From NCBI GenBank assembly GCA_951406725.2, contig OX597825.1, forward strand, positions 56,916,001 through 56,980,000: a stretch of 64,000 nt of DNA. The letters run 5' to 3'. Positions within the stretch are counted from its first letter, which is position 1. The number at the start of each line of letters is the position of its first letter. Below the pieces are notes generated by a model. It was not told where the DNA came from and searched no databases. It saw only the letters and a program-made list of their open reading frames with translations. Of the stretch, positions 13,043 through 25,505 are shown in pieces. The position numbers and the translations under genes are program-made. Origin of the DNA: Octopus vulgaris. Taxonomy: Eukaryota.

Positions 13043-13100
<58 letters not shown>

Positions 13101-13333
13101 CACACACTCACACTAACTTACTATATATACACACCTGCACATACATGCACAGATATGCACACCTATACTTGTGTGACATACTTATATATATCTATATATG
13201 TATGTATGTATGTATGTATGTGTATGTATATCTACTTATATATATATTTGTGTGTATCTATACATGTATATAGGCTAGCATATGTATACAGGTGATTATG
13301 TGGGAAGCATGTATATATATCTATACATGTAAG

Positions 13334-13389
<56 letters not shown>

Positions 13390-13395
<6 letters not shown>

Positions 13396-13534
13396 GTAAG
13401 TAGCTTGCTTATGAACTACATGGTTCTGGGTTCAATCCTACTGTGTGGCACCTTGGGCAAGTGTCTTCTAATATAGCTTTAGGACCAAAGCCTTGTGAGT
13501 GGATTTGGTAGACAGAAACTGAAAGAAGCCCGTC

Positions 13535-13584
<50 letters not shown>

Positions 13585-13821
13585 ATATGTTTGTGTGTAT
13601 ATGTTTGTGTGTCTCTGTTTGCCACCACCACCCCTAACATCGCTTGACAACCAATGCTGGCTTGTTTACGTACCCGTAACTTAGCAGTTCAGCATAAGAG
13701 ACCGATAGAATAAGTACTAGGCTTACAAAGAATAAGTCCTAGGGTCAATTTGCCCCACTAAAGGGTGTGCTCCAGCATGGCCACAGTCAAATGACTCAAA
13801 CAAGTAAAAGAGTAAAAGAGA

Positions 13822-13822
<1 letters not shown>
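13390..13822 (+). mobile_element. SINE family A
   Basis: Same head, CORE-like block, internal (TA)n and tail as 5574-5970. Confidence 0.9.
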
Positions 13823-13893
<71 letters not shown>

Positions 13894-13939
13894 CATAATA
13901 TATATATATAATATAATATGTGTATATATATATATATAT

Positions 13940-13980
<41 letters not shown>

Positions 13981-14634
13981 GATAAATCCTTACATATCCA
14001 TTCCACCTACCTTTATGTTTTTCTACCTCATATCCTCAGCGACTGGGTTCTGTGCAAATGTAGAATTGTGTATATAAAATTGTATGTAAATATATTATAA
14101 ATGTATGTATAACAATGTGTTTGGATATGTTGTAACTGCAGTAGTAGATTAACAAATTGTTAAGTTGTGAGTCGCAATTTCAAAAATATTGTGAAGTGAA
14201 TGTTGTGTATGAGGGTGGGAGGGAGGTAGAGAGAAAGATCAGAGGAGACAAAGTGTGTCAGATAGAGCGGGAGAAAGAGAAAGAGTAAGAGAGAAAGTAG
14301 GAGAGAGAGAGAGTGAAGAGACCAGGATAGAAAGTGAGAGAGCGAAAAAGTGGTAGAGAGAGAGAGAGAGAGAGAGAGAGTGGGAAAGAAAGATAGCGAA
14401 AGAGAAAGAAACTAAGAGCGTAAGAGAGAAAGAGAGTGAGAGAGAGAAAGAGAATGAGAGAGAAAATGAAAGAAAGTGAGAGAAAGATGAAAGAGTGAAG
14501 AAAATGAGGACTAACAGGATGTCACTATATAAGGTGTATGTGTTTGTGTGTATGTGTGTGTGTGTGCGTATGTGTGTGTGTGCATGTGTGTGTGTATGTG
14601 TGTGTTTATTTATGTATATATATATATTATATGC

Positions 14635-14675
<41 letters not shown>

Positions 14676-14702
14676 TTTGTGTATGCATGTGTGAGTGAAT
14701 AC

Positions 14703-14745
<43 letters not shown>

Positions 14746-15346
14746 ATGAAGGAGGGAGTATAGTAGATATGTGTGTGTGAATAAAAATCAAACAAACACA
14801 CTTTCAACTGCAACATTAATAAACAGAATATCAATAATGATGATGATGATGATGATGATGACGACAGAGATGGTGGTGGTGGTGGTTGTGGTGGTGGGAG
14901 CAGTAATGACAATATGGATCTTCAGTGCAAGAAACAGGCCAAGACGGTAGATGAGGGGTGAGGGAGGAGCGGGAGGCAGCACTGAGTTGTAATGCGACAG
15001 AAGCGATTGGGATGAAAGGGTGAATGCTGGAAGTAAGTGGACATACAGGACAGACGGACAATTAGTAAGACAAATGAAAGAACGCAGAAAGCAACTCAAA
15101 AATATTTTTCAATAATTATGATACTAGTTTCAAGTTCCAGTATAAGGCCAGTAATTTTGCTGGAAGTGCTTAGTCAATAACATCGACCCCAGTACTCCAC
15201 TGGTACTTATTTCATCAACCTCCAAGAGAGTGAAAAGCAAAACTGACTGTGGCAGAATTTGGACTGAGAACATAAAAGGACAAAATAAATGCCAAAAAGT
15301 ATTTTGTCCAATGTGCTAAGGGTTCAGCCAGCTTACTGGCTTAACA

Positions 15347-15403
<57 letters not shown>

Positions 15404-15405
<2 letters not shown>

Positions 15406-16135
15406 CATTGATCACGTTGTCTCCAAGTGCAGTCTTCTAGCACCTACAGAGTAGCTCAACAGGCATGATAGAGCTGCACAATATATTCACTGGGTAATCT
15501 GCAAAAACCTGGATTTGCCCCATGAAAAAAACTGGTGGGAACACAAACCACCCCCAGTGCTTGAAAATGACCACATCTCACTCCTCTGGAACTTCCCCAT
15601 TCAAACTGACAGAAAGATAGATTCAAATAGGCCAGACATCATATTGAAAGACTTCAAACAAAGAACATGCCTCCTTATTGATATGACTGTCCCAATCGAT
15701 ATAAATGTATCTGTCAAGACCTACCAGAAAGTGAGCAAATATAAAGATCTGGAAATAGAAATCAGCAAAATGTGGAATCTGAAGACTAAAACAATACCTG
15801 TTGTCATAGGTGCCCTGGAAATGATAGCAAAAGGGTCTGATTGCTACCTAGCTCAGATACCAGGAAACCCCAAAATAGCAGAAATTCAAAAGATAGTGTT
15901 CATGGGAACTGCTCATATTCTATGCAAAATACTTTCTATGTAATCTCAAGTTTTAAAACAAACATGATTTTCTTATGGTTTTTTTAAACATTCACTAGTA
16001 CAACACTAAGTACAAAACCAAATATATGGCACCCTAGGCATAACACCAAGATGAACTTCCAACTTGTTGTCCCTTGAGGTCTCTGGGTGAGACTTGGAGC
16101 CAACTTGTACAAATGTAAAGCAAAAGTCAAACATA

Positions 16136-16136
<1 letters not shown>
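15404..16136 (+). mobile_element. RLE-type non-LTR retrotransposon 3' end (R4/Dong-like) inserted in (TAA)n
   Basis: TIDHVVSKC..RHD..IHW; NRPDIILKD..LIDMTVP..KYKDLEIEI..MW..IPVVIGALEMI (CCHC tail plus PD..D endonuclease). Flanked on both sides by (TAA)n. Confidence 0.9.
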
Positions 16137-16179
<43 letters not shown>

Positions 16180-16181
<2 letters not shown>

Positions 16182-16720
16182 GGCCGGCTGTTTTATTGGG
16201 ATGGTTAGTTGATACCATTGATCCCAGTACCTTATTTTATCAACTCTGGAAAGCCAGCAATTTTTTGAGGGGCTATTAGTCAATAATGTTGATCATTATA
16301 CTTGACTAGTACCCTGTCTTATCAACTTCAAAGAGCTGAAAGGCAATGTTGACTTTTGACAGGAATCACAAAGCATTTTGTCCCATGTTCTAATGAGTCT
16401 GCAAACTCAATGTCATATGGTTTCTAATTTAAACAAAAACCTGCAATTTTGAGGGGAGGGTTGTTAGTCAATACCATCAACTGCAGTACTTGGTGAGTAC
16501 TCTAATTTATCAACCCCAGAGAGATGAAAAGCAAAGAAGAGCTTCGACAAGATTTGAACTCAGAATGTAAAGACTTGGAAGAAATATTGTAAGGTATTTT
16601 GTCTGATGCTCTAATTGATATGCAAATCCACCATTCTGGTATTAATAATTTCTGATTTAGATACAAGGCCAGCAATTTTGATGGCAGTGGTTAGTGGATA
16701 TTACACTGGGTAACAAAATT
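16180..16720 (-). repeat. Cluster of old, diverged family B SINE copies
   Basis: Repeated ..CCCAGTAC..TTTATCAAC..GAAAGGCAA..TTTGAACTCAGAA motifs. Confidence 0.65.
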
Positions 16721-17386
16721 TATTTATTTTGTCCTTAGTCAGTAAGTATTATTTCCTATTTGCTTCTATCTAGAAATCAAAGGAAATGACTACTATTCCC
16801 TTTAAACTTTGCTTTGTGACCTGAACGTCAATTTTCCATTACATTTTAGAGAGATTCAACACTGAGTTACTGAAGCAGAAATATCGTTATAGCAAATATT
16901 CTGCTGAATACCAGATATTTACCTTTGTGGCTGAAAATATGTACATCTTTGATCATGAGCAGGAGTAGTGGGGGAGCATCATAGCCTTGTGTTGAGAGGG
17001 ATTGTTTGGGGTTTGAATAAATGTAACAAAAGCAAAGTTCAAAAGAAATATTAACCATTTTTGATACTTTCTAAGAGTAAACAATTTGGAAATAACAGTT
17101 ACTACTGAAGGACAAAAATAGTGTTACACATTGTTATCAATCCCAGTGCTTGCAAGTTGGCACTGTCTTGAGTTTTAGGACTCATTGGGTTGATACCTAA
17201 TTTCCATTGCATATAACTGACCAAAATCACAGTATTTCCCCTAGACAGGATGCCAGTCTATTGAAAGTTTATTCATTTACAGACGAATAGACCAGAGCAA
17301 GAACACATCATACTGCCTGGTCCATGAATTGAAACCATGCTCACTCTCTTCTACTCTTACTGTTTCTCATTCATGATCACTCTCTC

Positions 17387-17447
<61 letters not shown>

Positions 17448-17472
17448 CTATATATATATATATGTATGTGTG

Positions 17473-17519
<47 letters not shown>

Positions 17520-19311
17520 TTCTCTCACTCTCTCCTTCTGACCAGGGTAACCATGTCTCTCCTCTTCAGCAAGACTGTTTCTAACCCTCCTTGGTGAATT
17601 TGAACTCAGAACAATAAAGACTGGCGAAATACTCTAAGCATTTTGCCCAGCATGATAACGATTCCACCAGCTCACTGCCTTAATAACAACAACAGCAACA
17701 ACATCAACAACAACCTGAAATTTTGAGGGAAGGGGTGTTAGTCAATACCATCAATCTGTATCCCAAAGAGAATGTTACACATACGAGCTCTCATCATTGG
17801 GTACAAGGCCACCTCCACCATAAAACCCACTCACCACCGCTCAAAGGATCTTTGTCTTGTGAGTTACTTGGTGACACCATCAGAAACTTTGGGTGAGAGG
17901 ATGTTGGTTGACAAATGAATCCCAGCTTTTGACGAACTAGTACTTTATTTTATAGACCCTGAAAAGGTAAAAGTCAAAGTTGACCTCAGCAGGAATTGAA
18001 CTAAAGAATAAATAATTTGTGGACTTTTTTGCTAGTGTCTTTTGAAACCATTCTGCAATAACAATAATAATGGTAATGATAATAATCATTTTTATAAACA
18101 TTTCACAGAAAATAATCATTTCACCAGTGATGAAAGGAAAGATATGGGAGAACATACATTCATCACCATCATCATCATCATCATCATCATCATCGTTGAC
18201 GTTGTCATTACCATAATCATCATTATAATTTTCATAATCTTCATTATATTCATCATCATTATCCTCATCATCATCATCACCATAATCATCATAACCACCA
18301 TAACCAACACTGCTATCACCACCACAAATGTATGTATTTTATATCTTCTACAATACAAAAGTGAGGGAATATTGTTACGTATGTATGTTTAGCTCTGAAC
18401 GGCTTTGAAACAGCATATCCTTCAGAAAAACAAATTCATTTTCAATATCTGTATCCCAAAGAGAATGTTACACATACACAATAAATGATAAAAAAAATAT
18501 ATAACTTGCTACGAGAAATAACTCAACTTTTAGATCTACAATTCTCTTTCTCTGCATCTGTCACCATCAATCTCTCTCTCTCTCTATTATTCACCATACT
18601 CTTAATCACTCGCACTCTGTGTCCAGCCATAATCTGACCATTAAAGCATTAGTGTTATACATCACCAGATTTACATTTGTTAGTTGTATGTTAATTGAAG
18701 CTTTGTGCTATGATATCTGTATCGGTTCTCATTTATTTTATTTCTATAGCGGATTCTATAAAGCATTTTCTGTTAATATTTTCTTATTTAGTTTAGTTTT
18801 ATGGTAAATGGTATGGTGTGTAGCAAATAATTCTGGTGGTAAATACATGAGCTAACTAGTACTTGTACTTGTCAGGTCAATGTAACTATTGGAATAACAA
18901 ATTTTGCAACTCACACTTTTGCAGTCAAGTTTTAATAAATTACCTTGATCACTCTTTATTCCTTATTTATTCTTGGAGTTTAGTCAATTAGGAAGTTTTT
19001 AGTCTTACTGTTTTTGTAATATATTACTAGTGATAACTAATAGTTTAGTACAACACATTTCTACTTTGTTTCATGAGATTTTCCATTATCGGTCCATCTG
19101 TTCTACAGTTGGTACACATCTGATTCTTATAACACATTTTCTGAGTAATTTTAAAATCAGAACATAGTCAGGTGTTCAATGCAACATGTTCAGCAAAAAG
19201 CGGTTTATATATACATAAATGTGTGTGCGTCTGTGTGCATAAATATGTGAGTGTATGTATGTATGTTTGTACACACATAAATATTACACATAAATCTCAA
19301 TATCTCAAACA

Positions 19312-19355
<44 letters not shown>

Positions 19356-19662
19356 TTTGGTACATGTAAAACAACCACAGTATAAAAATTTACAATATAG
19401 AAGGAATTAAAATACAAAACAATTTATAGATCACAATATATTAATATTCTTAAATATTTATACTCTATAAATAAATTATTTTATATTGTAATTCCTTTAA
19501 TATTCTAAATTTTTATATTGTTCCCTGTTTATATAAATATATATATACATGTATATATATATCTATATACCTAACTTACATTTTATATGAAATACTATCT
19601 TTCCTTTTCATTGCTACAACAATTTTGTTTTAACTTATTATTAGCACAGTTTATATAGTACA

Positions 19663-19700
<38 letters not shown>

Positions 19701-19730
19701 CGTGTGTATGTGTATTTGTGTATGTATATA

Positions 19731-20095
19731 GGTGTGGCTGTGTGGTAAGTAGCTTGCTTACATACCATATGGTTCCAGGTTCAGTCCCACTGCATGGCCC
19801 CTTGGGCAAGTGTCTTCTACTATAGCCTCAGGCCAACCAAAGACTTGTGAGTGGATTTGGTAGACGGAAACTGAAAGAAGCCCATCATATATATGTATAT
19901 ATATGTGTATATGTGTGTGTGTGTATGTTTGTGTGTCTGTGTTTGTTCCCCCAACATCGCTTGACAACCGATACTGGTGTGTATACGTCCACATAACTTA
20001 GCGGTTCAGCAAAAGAGACCAATAGAATAAGTAATAGGCTTACAAAGAATAAGTCCTGGGGTCGATTTGCTTGACAAAACGCAGTGCTCCAGCAT
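19731..20095 (+). mobile_element. SINE family A
   Basis: Same motifs as other family A copies. Confidence 0.85.
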
Positions 20096-20198
20096 TGCTA
20101 CTAGTACTTATTCAATTGGTCTCTTTTGCTGAACTGCTAAGTTATGTGGATGTATACACACCAGTATCAGTTGTCAAGCGATGTTGGGGGAACAGTCA

Positions 20199-20237
<39 letters not shown>

Positions 20238-20242
<5 letters not shown>

Positions 20243-20786
20243 TCATCATCATCATCATCATCATTTAGCGTCCGCTTTCCATGCTAGCATGGGTTGGACG
20301 GTTCAACTGGGGTCTGAGAAGCCAGAAGGCTGCACCAGGCCCAGTCTGATCTGGCAATGTTTCTCACTCCGTGAGTGTAGTGGGTGCTTTTTTCATGTCA
20401 CCAGACGAGGCTGGCAACAGCCATGATTGGATGGTGCTTTTTATGTGCCACCGGCACGGAGACCCATCGGGGCGGCGCTGGCAACGGCCACATTCGGATG
20501 GTTCGCTTACATGCTTCCGGCACTGGTAACACAGCTACAATTTCTATTGATGTTTATCGATTTTGATTTTGATTATGATTCTCACTTGCCTCAACTGGTC
20601 TTCACAAGTAGAGTTTTGTGTCCGAAGAAGGAAAGGTATGCATAAGTGAACTGGCTACATCCCAGGTAGAGGCCATGGGTTATGGTCTCACTTGTCTTGC
20701 CGGGTCTTCTCACGCACAGCATACTTCCATAGGTCTCGGTCTCTAGTCATTTCCTCGGTGAGACCTAAAGTTCGAAGGTCGTGCCA
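20238..20786 (-). mobile_element. RTE LINE 3' end: ORF C-terminus, long 3' UTR and (GAT)n tail
   Basis: HDLRTLGLTEEMTRDRDLWKYAVREKTRQDK* followed by a UTR ending AACCCATGCTAGCATGGAAAGCGGACGCTAAATGATGATG. UTR-only copies at ~26046-26430, 36866-37085, 41240-41345, 57790-58100, 58870-59045. Confidence 0.8.
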
Positions 20787-20794
20787 TATATATA

Positions 20795-20839
<45 letters not shown>

Positions 20840-21807
20840 GTGTGTGTGTGTGTGTGTGTGTGTAAAAGTCTCTTGTGAACTGAAGTAAAACTTGCAACCA
20901 TCAAAGTGACATTTTGGAGACTCCATACCTATTTGGTAGAATTAAATATTAAACATGGAACAATCCAAATTGTCCGTTAGCCTTCCTAGATTCTCAACTT
21001 TTCTGGATAGAAAATGAAATATATTTACACATCTGAGCTACAGGCTTCATCTGTGGTTTTCTCTACATTTTTCTAGACACACAAAAAGACACACACACAC
21101 ATGTTAAGGTGTACCCTTGTGTTAGAGTACCAAGCTCATGGTCATAACAATTCCTGCAGTGGGTAGTGAAATGTGTTTTTAAGCAAATCACATCATTTCA
21201 TATTCCTCCAGGTTGCTCAGCTGAAAATGAGTACCAGCTGAGTGGTGATGCAATACTCTTCCCCATCTAGTTATCACACCCTTTATGTTCCACTGGCACA
21301 AAGATTAGAAAAAGAATTATAAAGGGTCATTGATTAGAGTAAGCAATAGAAGCAGGGGAGATTTATATGCTGAGAGTCAGCATCTTTGGAGACATGCGAT
21401 CATGTGAGCAGACAGAAAAATATAGAGAGGAAAGAAAAATGGGTGAGAGAGAAAGAGATTGTGCGAATGAGAGACAATGAAGAGCTAATGCTATAAATAT
21501 TATTGAACACATGTACTCAATGTATGCGCTTTGCTTGTTCAGTGATAGGCTGCAAATTGGTGAAGTGGAGAATACTCCATCAACGCGCCAGATTTTATAA
21601 CACATAAAAGTTGTAGACCAGTAGGATCTTTTTTCCTTTGGTCCCCTTTAATTCCTATTTTACTCAGATGGACCCTCCTAGCCATTTGATGTTTTTAAAA
21701 TGCTATTTTATATTTTTTATAAATAAATATTTGGAATTGTATTAAAAAATTTGTTGAAACGTTTTGTGCATTGTAGAAGTATAACCAATTTTAACAAAAT
21801 TTTATAT

Positions 21808-21905
21808 AGACTCCCAGGAGCCGTATGGACTCTCAGGAGCCATATGGACTCCCAGGAGCTGTATGGACTCCCAGGAGCCGTATGGACTCCAGTTGGGAAC
21901 CACTG
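21808..21905. repeat. 19-bp tandem repeat (~4.4 copies) at a hAT-like terminus
   Basis: GGACTCCCAGGAGCCGTAT units followed by GTTGGGAACCACTG, the reverse complement of the hAT/Charlie-type TIR CAGTGGTTCCCAAC. Confidence 0.7.
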
Positions 21906-21908
21906 TTG

Positions 21909-22281
21909 TAGATAGATGAGACAACTCACTCCAAATCCCATTCAGGAGTGATGGGCATTGCTGTTTTGACATGTTTGTGGCTTATCAACACCATGTATCT
22001 AAACTGTGCTGGAAGCAAACTGAATCACCAGTCCTTGACTATAGGCAAACAGTGTTAAAAACCATTTTTGGTATGCTCTAATTTGAATCTATTCTCATGA
22101 ATGCATCATCAGGGAGTACCAGCAAATGTTTTTTCACACTATTTGCATATAGTCATGCACTGGTGATTAGTTTGCTTCCAATTTAGTTCAGGTATGTGAT
22201 GTTGATAAACCACAAAAATGGCAAAACATCAATGCCCATCACTCCTGAATGGAATTTGGAGTGTGTTGTCTCACCTGTCCA
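21909..22281. mobile_element. Foldback element, ~165-bp imperfect inverted arms with decayed HHR-shaped motif
   Basis: Left arm GAGACAACTCACTCCAAATCCCATTCAGGAGTGATGGGCATTG.. mirrors right arm ..CAATGCCCATCACTCCTGAATGGAATTTGGAGTGTGTTGTCTC. Confidence 0.85.
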
Positions 22282-22424
22282 TGACTTTCATGTGTTTTAA
22301 CACCTGGCTTTTTGATGCAGTCATCTCTATCACAACAAACTGCTGCCAACCAGTAAAGAAAAAGGCACACAAATTGCGTACGTGTTTGTGTGTGTTTGTG
22401 TGTGTGTGTGTGTTTGTGTGTGTT

Positions 22425-22526
<102 letters not shown>

Positions 22527-22619
22527 AGAAAAATGAGATGACAAGTTCAGAATATAATCGCTTATTCCTTTGTCATCCCTTTCTTCTTATATTCACCCAT
22601 GTTTTGTTATTTATCAGTA

Positions 22620-22653
<34 letters not shown>

Positions 22654-22805
22654 ATCCTCATCATTTAACATCCTTTGTCTATGCTGGTATGAGTAAGACG
22701 GATTGACCAGGGCTGGTAAGCTGAGGAGTTGCCCCAGATTCCAGTCTGATTTGGCATGGTTTCTACAGCTGGATACTCATCCTAACGCCAACCACTTTGA
22801 GAGCA

Positions 22806-23015
22806 CTGGAAGAATGTTATTTTCTCAGACAAGTCGATATCCTCCACCATCATCACTACAAGAACTGGAGACTGTTTTAGCTGAAGAATGGACAAAAATT
22901 CTTTTGGAAACAATTCAAACTTTGTAAAAGTCCATACCTAGTAGAATTCAAGCTGTAATTACTGCCAAAAATAGTCCTACCCCATATTAAAATAAATTTG
23001 TCTCAAATTTTAAGG
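22806..23015 (+). mobile_element. Internally deleted Tc1 fragment, same family as 27837-29099
   Basis: WKNVIFSD joined directly to SRYPPPSSLQELETVLAEEW; 3' part near-identical to ~28915-29073. Confidence 0.85.
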
Positions 23016-23113
23016 TATGTGTGTGTGTGAGTGTGTGTGCTTATTTTTCTATTGCTTTATCTTTATCATTTCATTTCTTACTAATTCTAATTATTTATAC
23101 AACTATTTACATA

Positions 23114-23288
23114 GGCGTAGGAGTGGCTGTGTGGTAAGTAGCTTGCTTACCAACCACATGGTTCTGGATTCAGTCCCACTGTATGGCACCTTGGGTGTCT
23201 TCTACTATAGCCTCGGGCTGACCAAATCCTTGTGAGTGGATTTGGTAAACGGAAACTGAAAAGAAGCCCATCGTATATGTGTGTGTGT

Positions 23289-23343
<55 letters not shown>

Positions 23344-23550
23344 TGTGTCTGTGTTTGTCCCCCCAACATCGCTTGACAACTGATGCTGGTGTGTTTACGT
23401 CCCTGTACCTTAGCGGGTTGGCAAAAGAGACCAATAGAATAAGTACTAGGCTTATAAAGAATAAGTCCTGGGGTCGATTTACTCGACTAAAGGCGGTGCT
23501 CCAGCATGGCCACAGTCAAATGACTGAAACAAGTAAAAGAGTAAAGAGTA
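23114..23550 (+). mobile_element. SINE family A
   Basis: Full-length copy with internal (TG)n. Confidence 0.9.
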
Positions 23551-23980
23551 ACTGAAAAAAACATTTAACTGTTTATATACTCAATTCACCCACCTTAAAT
23601 AGAATGATACAAACATATACATATATATAGATACATGTATACATATATAATGCCTACATGTACACACACACACGCATAACTGTTTCTAGCGTTATGTAGG
23701 TGAAACATTGATGAGAGTGGGTTCGCTCAATTAAATTGTCTCCAGTAGAGAACTGGTCTTTTACTTTATCAAACTCTGAAGAATGAAAAGAGACGACTTG
23801 AACTCAGAGAGTAAAGAATTGGAATAAAGACCACTCAAACGGTTACAATGATGATGCTAATGAAGATGAAGATGACAATAGCAAAGATGACAACAATGAT
23901 ATTTGGGGTTGGTTCCTGAGGGAGTAGGTGACATGACGATGGAGGGGTGTGATGATGACGACGACGACGACGACGACGAC

Positions 23981-24016
<36 letters not shown>

Positions 24017-24864
24017 GGTGATGGTGATGATGATGATTATTCTGCACCATGGATGCCTGATAATGAGAATTGGTGCAGGTGACACAGAAACGATAAGACG
24101 TTAAAGCAGGTGGTGGTGCTGGTGGTGGTAGTGGTGGTGGTGGTGGTGGTGGTAGTGGTGGTGGTGCTGGTGGTGGTGGTGATGGCAGTGATGGCGGTGG
24201 TGGCGATGGTGGCCGTGGTGGCAGCGGCATCTGGCAGGAGTGGCGCATGTTGCGTTTGTATGTGTGTGTATGTGTGTATGTGTGTGTGTGTGTTAAATGA
24301 ATATTGCGTGTCTAAATGGCAAACGTGTTTTGTTTTCTCTCTAACTTATAAAGCCACATCAACCTATTGATTCATTCACAATAACCATTAACACATAACA
24401 CATTGTGCATTTACATATGATCCATAACACACAACCCTACCCTCTACCACAATCCTCCTCCCCACCCCTATCTCTCTCACTCTTTCTGTCTCTCTCTCTC
24501 TCTTTCTCTCTCTCTCTCCTTTCTATGTGTCCTCTCTTTGTCTGAGCTGTTTTGTTACTTTCTTTTAGTTTCTCTTCCAGCCTACCTATTCATGTATGGC
24601 TCTAGCAATCGACCAACTGCATACCTGTATACCTATGTATTTATATATCTATCTATCTATCTATCTATCTATCAATCGATCTATTTATCTACCTATTTAT
24701 CTATCTATATATATGTATCTTTGTCTTTTTATCAATTTGTCTATCATTCCATTCTACTTATCTATGTACATTTAAAACTCATTCCATTGCCTCTTTTTGT
24801 CTCTTTTGCATGTGTGTGTGTGTGTGTGTCTGTCTGTATGTGTCTGTGTTTGTGTACGTGTCTC

Positions 24865-24904
<40 letters not shown>

Positions 24905-24916
24905 TGTACAGAGAGT

Positions 24917-24990
<74 letters not shown>

Positions 24991-25029
24991 CAGATAGATA
25001 GATAGATAGATGGATGGATGGATGGATGG

Positions 25030-25505
25030 ATACAAGAACAAGAAATATCAACCAAATACCTGATGCACAAAAGGGACAGAGATGAAGGAAAAGCAGTAAA
25101 ATGTGACAACCAATGCAGACTCTGCAGAGTTAAGACCGAAGATATTACCTGCATCATAAGCAAATGTCTCAAAATGTCGTCATGGTATTATCTTCTGATG
25201 AGACATGATGTTGTAGCTAGGATACTATATATAATTAATTATAATAAAATCTGACGGAGGGATAATCCTGAGGACAAAGAAATAAGAACCCACAATATGG
25301 TAGAAGCCATAGCCACTCATAATAAAAAGGAATACAGGTGGAATCTCCCAGTGAAAACCTTAATAAGCACAAAAGACCTGATGATCTGGGATACAGAAAA
25401 GAAACTGTGTACAGTTGTGAAAATTAGCTGCCCAATGGATGTTAACATAAAGCAAAAGATCAGTGAAAAAGAGAATACCTACACTGAACTATTGAGAAAT
25501 CTGTA
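25030..25505 (+). mobile_element. RLE-type non-LTR retrotransposon fragment (second family)
   Basis: QEQEISTKY..CRLCRVKTEDITCIISKC..RHD; DLMIWD..VKISCPMD..EKENTY. Confidence 0.8.

Noticed and set aside
21808-21890. CRISPR-like repeat
   Set aside because: Contiguous tandem units without spacers, in eukaryotic context.
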